DNA of 64,000 nucleotides from Sandaracinus sp. GTDB taxonomy: Bacteria > Myxococcota_A > Polyangia > Polyangiales > Sandaracinaceae. The stretch covers positions 2,453 through 66,452 of the forward strand of contig JAXLYV010000014.1 of the NCBI GenBank assembly GCA_046351235.1. Direction: 5' to 3'. This document shows, piece by piece, positions 52,943-60,613 of this stretch; within the stretch, counting starts at the first letter, position 1, and each line of letters begins with the position of its first letter. Under the pieces are notes generated by a model, which was not told the DNA's origin, made no database searches, and saw only the letters and a program-made list of their open reading frames with translations. The translations under genes were made by a program, and so were the position numbers.

Positions 52943-53165
52943 GCGCTGCGAAGATGATTCGGCACAGATTCCTCCTCGCGCTTGGTAGGCGCCTCCCTCG
53001 CATCTTCGCAGCGCACGGCGTGCGCTGCGAAGATGATTCGGCACAGATGCCCCTCGCGCGCCCGCCAGAGTGGAGGCCGCGCCGCGCACGCGAGTCGGCA
53101 CGGATCCCCCGCGCGCGCCGGCCGAAGTGCCGCCGTGGTCTGCGAGCGTGATTCGGCACCGATGC
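52943..53165 (+). repeat. REP-like repeats
   Basis: A 27-nt exact direct repeat, GCGCTGCGAAGATGATTCGGCACAGAT, occurs at 52943-52969 and 53022-53048. A degenerate third copy, CTGCGAGCGTGATTCGGCACCGATGC, is at 53140-53165. A perfect 15-bp-stem hairpin, CATCTTCGCAGCGCA-cggcg-TGCGCTGCGAAGATG, is at 53001-53035. Confidence 0.85.
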
Positions 53166-53313
53166 GTGCGCGAGCGCGCGCATGCGCATCTCGCGGCCCA
53201 CGCGCGGAAGCGACGAATGGTCCGCTCCCACGGAGTCGGAGAGGGACCGAGCTAGGGGATCGTCGGGGAGCGATCGACGCGACTGCGGAGGGATCGCGGA
53301 TGCGCGAGGCCCG

Positions 53314-55533
53314 TCAGGGCGCGCCGTGGATCGTCACGGTGAGCGCGCCCGGGTCGCCCGCGTGCTCGCCGACGTGGAGGGCGTAGTCGATGGGCTCGAG
53401 CACCCACGCGCTCGTGCCGACGTCCCAGATGCGGAGGTCGTCGGCGCGCACCTCGAGCGTGACGTCGCCGCTCGCGTGGGGATCGAGCTCGATCTGGGCG
53501 AAGGCGCGCAGGTCCTCCGGGGCGCGCTCGACGCTCGAGCCGACGGCCGACGCAAAGAGCTCGACCGTCTCGATCGCGCGCACGTCGCCCTCGTTCGTCA
53601 CCGTGACGGTCACGTCGACGGTCTCCCCGGCGTGCACCTCGGTCGCGCTCACCCGCGGCGCCGAGAGCGCGAACGTCGTGTACGAGAGGCCGAAGCCGAA
53701 GGGATAGGCGGGCGTGGTGCCCTCGTGCGCGAGGTGGCGGTAGCCGTGGAAGTAGCCGTAGTCGACGGTGTCCGAGACGTCGTCGAACGTCGGCAGGTCG
53801 CTCTCGAGGACGGGCATCGAGAACGGAAGGCGGCCCGAGGGCGCCGCGTCGCCGAAGAGCACGTCGGCGACGGCGTTTCCGCCCTCGGAGCCCGGATAGC
53901 CGGCGAACAGGAGCGCCTCGATCTCGGCATCCCAGGGCCGCGTGATCAGTGCGGCGCCGGCCTCGAGCACGACGACGACGCGGTCGTTCGCGGCCGCGAC
54001 GGCGTGGATCAACGCGACCTCCTCGGCGGGCAGATCGAGGCTCGCGCGATCGCCCGCCGAGATCTCGGCCTCGCCCTCGTCGGTGCGCTGCAGGCCCGTC
54101 ACGACGACGACCACGTCGGCCGCGCTCACGGTGGCGAGCGCGCTCGTGTCGAGCACGGCGCCGGGCAAGTGCGTCACCGTCGCGGTGGCGCCCGCGCGCG
54201 CGCGGATCCCCTCGAGCGCGGTCACGACGCTCGTCGGCAGCACGTCGCTCGAGCCGTCGTCGCCGATGTTCTCTTCGTCGGCGTTCCGCCCGACGACCAC
54301 GATCGAGTGGACGCCGGCATCGAAGGGCAGCGCAGACGCCTCGTTGCGCAAGAGCACGATGCCGCGGCGCGCGACCTCGCGGGCGAGCGCGAGGTGCTCG
54401 GGCGTCTCGCGCTGCGAGGGATCGTCGATCACGACGCCGGGCGTGCGCGGGACGGTGTCCAGATCGAAGCAGAGCTGTGTGCGCAGCACCTCGCGCACGC
54501 GGGTGTCGAGCAGCTCGCGCGTCAGCACGCCGTCGCGGTACTCGCCGGCGAGCGGACGGAAGTGCGACTCGGTGGGCATCTCGATGCTCAGCCCGGCCGC
54601 GAGCGCCTCGGTCGCGCCGTGCGTGCCGAACACCCAGTCGGACTCGACCACCCCGGAGAAGCCCCACTCGCCGCGCAGGATGTCGCCGAGCAGGTGCGCG
54701 TTCACGTCGCAGAAGTGGCCGTTGAGCGAGTTGTACGCGCTCATCACGGTGCCCGCGTGCCCGTCGACGATCACGCGCCGGAAGTGCGGCAGGTAGACCT
54801 CGCGCAGCGTGCGCTCGTCCATGCGCACGTCGACGCGGTGACGGTTGTTCTCGATCGAGTTGCCGGCGAAGTGCTTCACGCTCGCGAGCACGTGCTCGCT
54901 CTGCACGCCCTCGACGAAGGCGAGGCCCATCTCGCCGAGGTGGTGCGTGTCCTCGCCGTAGGTCTCCTGCGCACGCCCCCAGCGCGGATGGCGCAGCACG
55001 TTGATCGTGGGCGCCAGGATCACGTCGGCGCCCGCCGAGCGATGCTCGACGCCCATCGCCGCGCCCACGCGGCGCTCGAGCGCGGGATCCCAGCTCGCAC
55101 CGCGCAGCATGCCGACGGGGAACGCCGTGCCGTGACGCCGCGTGAAGCTCGAGAGCCCGCGCGGCCCATCGAGCATGTGCAGGCCTGGCAGGCCGAGGCG
55201 CTCGTTGCCCGGCACGAGCCAGGTGCCGTCGACGAGGAGCACGCTCGCGCCGTGGAGCAGATCGAGCTTCTCCTCGAGCGACATCTGCGAGAGCAGATCC
55301 GTGATCCGCGCCTCGATGACGGCGTCGTCGTGGCCGGCGCAGTAGGCGATCGTGGCGGGCGTCGGCGTGAACGGCGTCGCGGCCCAGAGCTCGGCCGCGT
55401 CGGCGCGCGGCGGCGCATCGCGACCGACGTCGCTCGCGGACGCGTCGTCGGGGCCGGCATCGGGCTCGTCGACCGGCGTCGTCGTGCACGCGGCCGATGC
55501 GAGAAGGAGGAAGAGAATCGCGAGGAAGCGCAC
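53314..55533 (-). CDS. Glycoside hydrolase family 3 (beta-glucosidase-like) lipoprotein
   Basis: Lipobox LLLASAAC. GH3 motifs: INVLRHPRWGRAQETYGEDT, KHFAGNS, GFSGVVESDW (nucleophile Asp context). A C-terminal fibronectin-like domain is present. Confidence 0.9.
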   Translation of the reverse strand: MRFLAILFLLLASAACTTTPVDEPDAGPDDASASDVGRDAPPRADAAELWAATPFTPTPATIAYCAGHDDAVIEARITDLLSQMSLEEKLDLLHGASVLLVDGTWLVPGNERLGLPGLHMLDGPRGLSSFTRRHGTAFPVGMLRGASWDPALERRVGAAMGVEHRSAGADVILAPTINVLRHPRWGRAQETYGEDTHHLGEMGLAFVEGVQSEHVLASVKHFAGNSIENNRHRVDVRMDERTLREVYLPHFRRVIVDGHAGTVMSAYNSLNGHFCDVNAHLLGDILRGEWGFSGVVESDWVFGTHGATEALAAGLSIEMPTESHFRPLAGEYRDGVLTRELLDTRVREVLRTQLCFDLDTVPRTPGVVIDDPSQRETPEHLALAREVARRGIVLLRNEASALPFDAGVHSIVVVGRNADEENIGDDGSSDVLPTSVVTALEGIRARAGATATVTHLPGAVLDTSALATVSAADVVVVVTGLQRTDEGEAEISAGDRASLDLPAEEVALIHAVAAANDRVVVVLEAGAALITRPWDAEIEALLFAGYPGSEGGNAVADVLFGDAAPSGRLPFSMPVLESDLPTFDDVSDTVDYGYFHGYRHLAHEGTTPAYPFGFGLSYTTFALSAPRVSATEVHAGETVDVTVTVTNEGDVRAIETVELFASAVGSSVERAPEDLRAFAQIELDPHASGDVTLEVRADDLRIWDVGTSAWVLEPIDYALHVGEHAGDPGALTVTIHGAP

Positions 55534-55598
55534 GAACAGACCGTATCACCGCGCTCGCGGAGAGCGCGAACGGCGATCCGCGGCTATGAAGGCGCCCC

Positions 55599-56825
55599 AT
55601 GACGAACGGGCGGGTCGTGATCGTGGGGGCGAGCCTGGCGGGAGGGCGCGCGGCCGAGCAGCTGCGCCGCGGGGGCTGGACGGGCGCGATCACGCTCGTG
55701 GGCGCGGAGAAGGAGCGGCCCTACGATCGGCCGCCGCTCTCGAAGAAGGTCATCAAGGGCGGCTTCGACGAGAGCAAGCTCTACTTCCGCGCGCCCGGTT
55801 GGTACGAGGAGCAGCGCATCGAGCTCGTCACGGGCACGCGCGCGCGCGGCCTCGACACGACGGCGCGCGAGGTGGAGCTCGAGGGTGGGCGGCGCCTGCC
55901 CTTCGATCACCTGCTGATCGCGACCGGCGCCGCAGCGCGCCCGCTCGACTGCGAGGGCGCGGGCCTCGAGGGCGTGCACGTGCTCCGCACGCTCGAGGAC
56001 GCGCGCGCGATCGAGGCTCTCGTCCGGACCAAGAAGCGCGTCGTCGTCGTGGGCGCCGGCGTCATCGGTGCCGAGGTCGCCGCGTGCTGCCGCGAGGCCG
56101 GCCTCGACGTCGTGATGCTCGAGCTCGCCGACAAGCCGCTCCTGCGCGCGTTCGGCGCGTTCGTCGGCGACTTCTACGCGGGCGAGCACCGCCAGAAGGG
56201 CGTCGAGCTGCGCTGCGGCGTGGGCGTCGCGGCGATCCGTGGCGCGGGTCGCGTCGAAGAGGTCGTCACGACGAGCGGCGAGCGCATCCCGTGCGACTTC
56301 GTCGTCGTCGGCATCGGCGTGCTGCCCGAGACCGCGTGGCTCGAGGGCTCCGGCGTGCGCTGCGATCGCGGCGTGCTCGTCGATGCGCACTGCGAGACGA
56401 GCGTGCCGGGGATCTATGCGGCGGGTGACGTCGCGCGCGGGCCGGCGCGCGCGCTCGGCGGCCAGCACGTGATCGTCGAGTCGGTCGACAACGCGCAGAC
56501 GCAGGGCGCGTGCGTGGTCGCGAACCTGCTCGGCAAGCGCGAGGAGCACGACACCGTGCCCTTCTTCTGGTCGGATCAGTTCGATCTCAAGATGCAGAGC
56601 GTCGGCCACGTGCAGGCCTTCGATCGCGTCGTGCTCCGCGGCTCGCGCGAGGCGCGCGCCTTCGTCGCGTTCCACCTGCGTGAGGGCAAGCTCGCGTTCG
56701 CGATCGGCGTCAACCGCCTCAAGGAGATCGCGGGCGCCAAGAAGCTGATCGCGGCCGGGGTGCCGGTGACCGAAGCAGCGCTCGCCGACGAGAGCGTCGC
56801 GCTCTCGTCGTTGCTGCCGCGATAG
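55599..56825 (+). CDS. FAD-dependent pyridine-nucleotide-disulfide oxidoreductase (ferredoxin-reductase type)
   Basis: VVIVGASLAGGRAA is the FAD GxGxxG motif. VVVVGAGVIGAEVA is the NAD(P) GxGxxG motif. IYAAGDVA is also present. Confidence 0.85.
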   Translation: MTNGRVVIVGASLAGGRAAEQLRRGGWTGAITLVGAEKERPYDRPPLSKKVIKGGFDESKLYFRAPGWYEEQRIELVTGTRARGLDTTAREVELEGGRRLPFDHLLIATGAAARPLDCEGAGLEGVHVLRTLEDARAIEALVRTKKRVVVVGAGVIGAEVAACCREAGLDVVMLELADKPLLRAFGAFVGDFYAGEHRQKGVELRCGVGVAAIRGAGRVEEVVTTSGERIPCDFVVVGIGVLPETAWLEGSGVRCDRGVLVDAHCETSVPGIYAAGDVARGPARALGGQHVIVESVDNAQTQGACVVANLLGKREEHDTVPFFWSDQFDLKMQSVGHVQAFDRVVLRGSREARAFVAFHLREGKLAFAIGVNRLKEIAGAKKLIAAGVPVTEAALADESVALSSLLPR

Positions 56826-57142
56826 AACGTCGGCAGCCGTCGGAGCGTCGCGCGCGTGTTGCTCGCACGCGATCTAGCGGACGCGAGCTTCGTCCATGCG
56901 TCGGCGTGCGAGGAACCTCGGGCACGTCTTGGCGGAGACCACACCCGTCCGAGGAACGTCGGACGCGGTTTTCGTCGCGCGTAGGCGTCCAACGCGCCGT
57001 AGGTGCCGGCCTTCGCTCGAGGGGTCCGCACGAGGAATTCGCGGAGCGACTTTTACGGACGTGTTCGTGTCCGAGGTCCGCGCAACGCACCTCTGGTGGT
57101 TCGGCCCCGCGTTCTGTACCGTGCCCGCCGGGAGGAAACACG

Positions 57143-57898
57143 ATGGCCAAGGAGATCACGAAGCTCGTCAGCAATCGCACGGGATCGGCGCGCGCCGTAG
57201 GCGCAGCGCTGGAGGTGCACGTCGCCAAACGCGCTGCCCAGATCGAGCAAGCGCTCGGGGTCAAGGCGGGGCGGAAGCTCTCCGTCTCGGAGCTCGTCGA
57301 CGCGTTGCGGACCGCGCTGCTCTCTCGCGCGAGCGAGCTGGAGGGCGCCGAGCAAGCGTACGCCGAGGAGCTCGGCGACGATCCGCCCGCGCGCGACGCG
57401 CGCGACGCTGCGGTCGTCGCACTGCGAACGTCGATCGACGAGATCGCAGGGACCATTTCGGGCGCGTTCGGCGCGGAGAGCCTCTCTCGCTACAAGCTCG
57501 ATCAATCGGTCCCGGTGGCGCCGGACATGCTCGTCACCTACGCGAAGAACGCGGCCAAGTCGGTGAAGCGTGGCGCGCCGAAGACGACGCCACGCAAGGG
57601 ACGCAAGCTGGACTTCGCCGTTCTCGCGAGTGAGCTGGAGGCAGGCGCGGCGTCGCTCAAGAAGACGCTCGACGTGGTGAAGCGCGAGGAGCGCGAGGCC
57701 GAGGGGGCTCTGGCCGCGCGCGACGCGAAGATTGCGGCGTTCGAGCCGGCGTACGGGGGCATCGCGAGCATCGCCGCCGGTCTGCTCGAGCTGGCCGGAG
57801 AGCCCGACCTCGGCGAGCGCGTGAAGCCGACCGCGCGGCGCAAGGCCGGGCTCGAAGCGGCGCCAGAAGTTCCTCCGGTCGAGCCGCCGAGGAATTGA
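57143..57898 (+). CDS. Hypothetical helical, charged protein (251 aa); cassette gene A
   Basis: SD GGGAGGA at 57130-57136, 6 nt before the ATG. MAKEITKLVSNRTG... Predicted coiled-coil-like, with a Lys/Arg-rich middle and a Pro-rich tail. GC3 is lower than in flanking genes. Confidence 0.6.
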   Translation: MAKEITKLVSNRTGSARAVGAALEVHVAKRAAQIEQALGVKAGRKLSVSELVDALRTALLSRASELEGAEQAYAEELGDDPPARDARDAAVVALRTSIDEIAGTISGAFGAESLSRYKLDQSVPVAPDMLVTYAKNAAKSVKRGAPKTTPRKGRKLDFAVLASELEAGAASLKKTLDVVKREEREAEGALAARDAKIAAFEPAYGGIASIAAGLLELAGEPDLGERVKPTARRKAGLEAAPEVPPVEPPRN

Positions 57899-58072
57899 GC
57901 GATAGCGACGTCACCGGGCTACCCGCTCGACCGTGCGGTGGAGGTGACGATGACGCGACACGATGCGGAGCGTATTGACTCGTGGGGGGGGGCCACGAGT
58001 ACATTCGTCGCACGGTGTTGGGGTGGGCACCATCTACCTGGCTCGCCCGCCGTCATCGAGGAGGCGCGACCA

Positions 58073-58483
58073 ATGTCAGGAACCGAGATCATCGTGCAGC
58101 GTATGATGGACCACGACATGAGCGGCGTGGCCGTCTCGAGCGCCATCGGGCCCATCGTCCTGGCTGAACTGGACGTCTCCCAGTGGCGCGAAGGAACGCT
58201 CGAGGTTCTGGTGCGCAACGCGACCGTGCCCACGGGTGCCGCGATCACGGTCGACGTCTACGCGATGGCGCGCACGGACGACGATCCGGCCAAGATGTAC
58301 ACCAAGTCGCAGAGCATCGCGACGGTCACCATCAACGCGACCTCGACGAGCGCCGCCTACGTCCTTGCGCCGTTCAGCGCGAACTTCGGTGGGATGGTAG
58401 CGGTCGCGTACACGGCGACACGCGCGACCACCGCCGGCACATTCAGCAGTACGTTCGAGACCCGAATCTCGCTGAAGGACTGA
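58073..58483 (+). CDS. Hypothetical Thr/Ala/Val-rich, probably all-beta protein (136 aa); cassette gene B
   Basis: SD GAGGAGG at 58058-58064, 8 nt before the ATG at 58073 (MSGTEIIVQRMMDHDM...). It lies in the frame of track ORF 57938..58483. Confidence 0.55.
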   Translation: MSGTEIIVQRMMDHDMSGVAVSSAIGPIVLAELDVSQWREGTLEVLVRNATVPTGAAITVDVYAMARTDDDPAKMYTKSQSIATVTINATSTSAAYVLAPFSANFGGMVAVAYTATRATTAGTFSSTFETRISLKD

Positions 58484-58511
58484 CGACGATGTCGGCCACG
58501 AAGAGGCTGGC

Positions 58512-59684
58512 ATGCTGAAGCGCGACGCGACCCAACGGATCGCCGCTGTCGCCGTGACGACGCGACCTGCCCCCCGGGCGACGCCCGTCCCGCCAGCGCA
58601 CCGTTCGCCGGCCATCACGGTTGGCGAATACCAGCGACGGGGCGCGCGGAACGGTCAGATCGGATCCGCGCGAGAGACGCCAAACCACTCGTGCGGTTGC
58701 TCGAAGGCAGGCTCCGCTGGAAAGGCGTGTGCCTGCGGGGCGGGCGCAAGGAAGTGTGGGGCCGGATGTGCCTGCGGATCGGGCCAGCAACCGAACGGGG
58801 CGCAGGCGAGCGCCGCAGCAGACGTCGCAGCGAGCGTGCGTAGGCTGGCCGCGAGGACCACACGCTTGATGGCTGGCACCCAGTCGAGCTATCGCGCAGG
58901 CACCGCAGGCACGGGAGGCCTCGGCAACCTCGGACCCATCAAGGCTGCGGTGCAACGAGTTTGCATGGTGACGCTGACTGCGGAGCAGCACTCGTGGTTG
59001 GAGGCCGCACGAGCGGCAGCGAACCAGACTCGGCACAAGTGGGATTTCGACCGCCGGGTCCATCCGCCGACCTGCGCCGACCTCACCCGCGGGCAGGAAG
59101 CTACCGCCGGATGGCAGACCGGAGAGGAGTACCTCTGGTACAACTCGTTCCTGGGAGCATTCCACGACGGGACGCCGGAGCACGCCCTCGCCCCGTCCAT
59201 TCCGCCGGAGGCTTGGAACTGGATCATCGATCTGTCGATCGCTCCGGGTGGACCTTTGATGTCCCTTGTGGACAGCACGTTGGGCGAGCGTACGATCTCG
59301 ACCTACACCGACACAGGGGCGCAATGTAGCTGGACGGGCAAAATAGCTGGAGAGCTTCCCTTCCCCGATTCGTATCCAGTGCCCTGCCCGGAGCTTGCGG
59401 ATCCTAGACTCGCGCAGCTTCTTGGGGATCCCCGTTTCTCGCCCCGCACCCCTCAGGGGATGAAGATGCTGGATGCGATTCGCGGACAGGTTGGGACAGA
59501 GAGGCCTTGCCGATGCCGTGCGTGCTCGGGGTTTCGCGGGGGCTGCCGGACGAACTGCAGGTACACGTGCGGGTTTGGCACTGCATACGTGTGCAGTTGC
59601 GCAGGCGCGTGTCCTCCCAGCGTCGACAGCATCGAGGAGCTTCTCGGAATGCCGGGCGTCTTTTGCCAGATGCCGTGGCCCTAG
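58512..59684 (+). CDS. Hypothetical protein with two metallothionein-like Cys clusters flanking a Trp-rich core (390 aa); cassette gene C
   Basis: The frame is open for 390 codons in locally lower-GC DNA. N-terminal cluster: CGCSKAGSAGKACACGAGARKCGAGCAC. C-terminal cluster: CRCRACSGFRGGCRTNCRYTCGFGTAYVCSCAGAC. AAGAGG lies upstream of the ATG. No signal peptide. Confidence 0.55.
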   Translation: MLKRDATQRIAAVAVTTRPAPRATPVPPAHRSPAITVGEYQRRGARNGQIGSARETPNHSCGCSKAGSAGKACACGAGARKCGAGCACGSGQQPNGAQASAAADVAASVRRLAARTTRLMAGTQSSYRAGTAGTGGLGNLGPIKAAVQRVCMVTLTAEQHSWLEAARAAANQTRHKWDFDRRVHPPTCADLTRGQEATAGWQTGEEYLWYNSFLGAFHDGTPEHALAPSIPPEAWNWIIDLSIAPGGPLMSLVDSTLGERTISTYTDTGAQCSWTGKIAGELPFPDSYPVPCPELADPRLAQLLGDPRFSPRTPQGMKMLDAIRGQVGTERPCRCRACSGFRGGCRTNCRYTCGFGTAYVCSCAGACPPSVDSIEELLGMPGVFCQMPWP

Positions 59685-59761
59685 GCCCTACACAGGCCGG
59701 CCGCTCGTGGATCTTCCGCGATTGGATCGCGGGTTGCTTGGAGGCGTCTGGCCTCGGACGA

Positions 59762-60520
59762 GTGTCGCTGGAGTCCACTGCCCAGTTGGGTCGACTGGAC
59801 TGGCGGTTGGACGGTAGTGATCTCTGGCCTCGTCGCGTCATTCGCACGCGCGGTGCGGGTCGACCGGAGTTGACGAAGCTCGTCGACGCAGTCGTGATGT
59901 GGCGGCTCGCACGTCGCAGTTGGGGCCTCATCACCGCGAAGTGGATGCAGTCCGCGTGCATCGCTGTCGGAGGTGGCAGGATGGCGTCCGTCGCCGGAAG
60001 CACACGCGCGCTGGCCTGCATTCCCGGAATACCGTACACGGACCCGAGCGAGCGCCTGCGTGAGGGGGTTGTCCATGGCCTCGCAGTTCACGCCATCTTG
60101 AATCAGAGCTCGCGGCGGCGCCGCGTCTACGATGTCGCTGCGATCGCGCGGTTCGTTCGGATGACCTGTCTGGCGCAGGCCGTCGTACCCGATTTCGCCC
60201 CGAAGCTCGCCCGCGCGCTACGTAGGGAGCTGGCGAAAGCCGAGGCCGCTCGCTGCAATGACACTCCACCCTTGGCGAAGCGAACGCCAACCTTTCCCGC
60301 GCCTACCCTCATCGCCGGGGACGGGACTGCGGTGCGGCTTCGGCTGAGCGCTTTTCGCCGCAGCGGAGCTCGGGTGGAACTGCACGGCCCGACGGGTGTC
60401 GTGCTTTCGATGGATGCAGGTAGCGATCAAGAAGCGGAGGCCTTGCGGTGGCTCCTGGTAGGCGCCCAATCGATCGTCGTTGGATCGCCTCACCAGCGCC
60501 GAACGTCACGCAAGAAGTGA
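59762..60520 (+). CDS. Hypothetical Arg-rich protein; cassette gene D (start uncertain)
   Basis: Track ORF 59507..60520 overlaps gene C by 178 nt. I trimmed it to the first GTG after the gene C stop (59762). No motif recognised. Confidence 0.4.
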   Translation: MSLESTAQLGRLDWRLDGSDLWPRRVIRTRGAGRPELTKLVDAVVMWRLARRSWGLITAKWMQSACIAVGGGRMASVAGSTRALACIPGIPYTDPSERLREGVVHGLAVHAILNQSSRRRRVYDVAAIARFVRMTCLAQAVVPDFAPKLARALRRELAKAEAARCNDTPPLAKRTPTFPAPTLIAGDGTAVRLRLSAFRRSGARVELHGPTGVVLSMDAGSDQEAEALRWLLVGAQSIVVGSPHQRRTSRKK

Positions 60521-60548
60521 TGCGGCCGTGGGGCCGCGAGGGTGTGAA

Positions 60549-60571
60549 GAGCGCCCTCGAACTGGGCGCTC
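60549..60571. terminator. Hairpin in the convergent gap between the cassette and the kinase gene
   Basis: GAGCGCCC-tcgaact-GGGCGCTC has a perfect 8-bp stem. Confidence 0.35.
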
Positions 60572-60613
60572 GGACGGCGAGATAGTCTTGCCACCCGACT
60601 TCGGGACCGGGCG

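Larger units (their letters stand above)
52226..53165 (-). mobile_element. RAYT-type (IS200-like Y1 HUH) transposase gene with flanking REP-like repeats in inverted orientation
   Basis: The CDS at 52239..52907 is bracketed on both sides. On the left is GATCAGTGCCCAATC (52226-52240), which is the reverse complement of GATTGGGCACTGATC. On the right are three copies of GATTCGGCAC(A/C)GAT (52956, 53035, 53150). Confidence 0.6.

Noticed and set aside
59507-59761. 5' part of track ORF 59507..60520, which overlaps cassette gene C by 178 nt.
   Set aside because: The overlapping part translates to Arg/Val-rich sequence in an alternative frame of the Cys-cluster region. A start after the gene C stop is more parsimonious, although the exact start remains uncertain.
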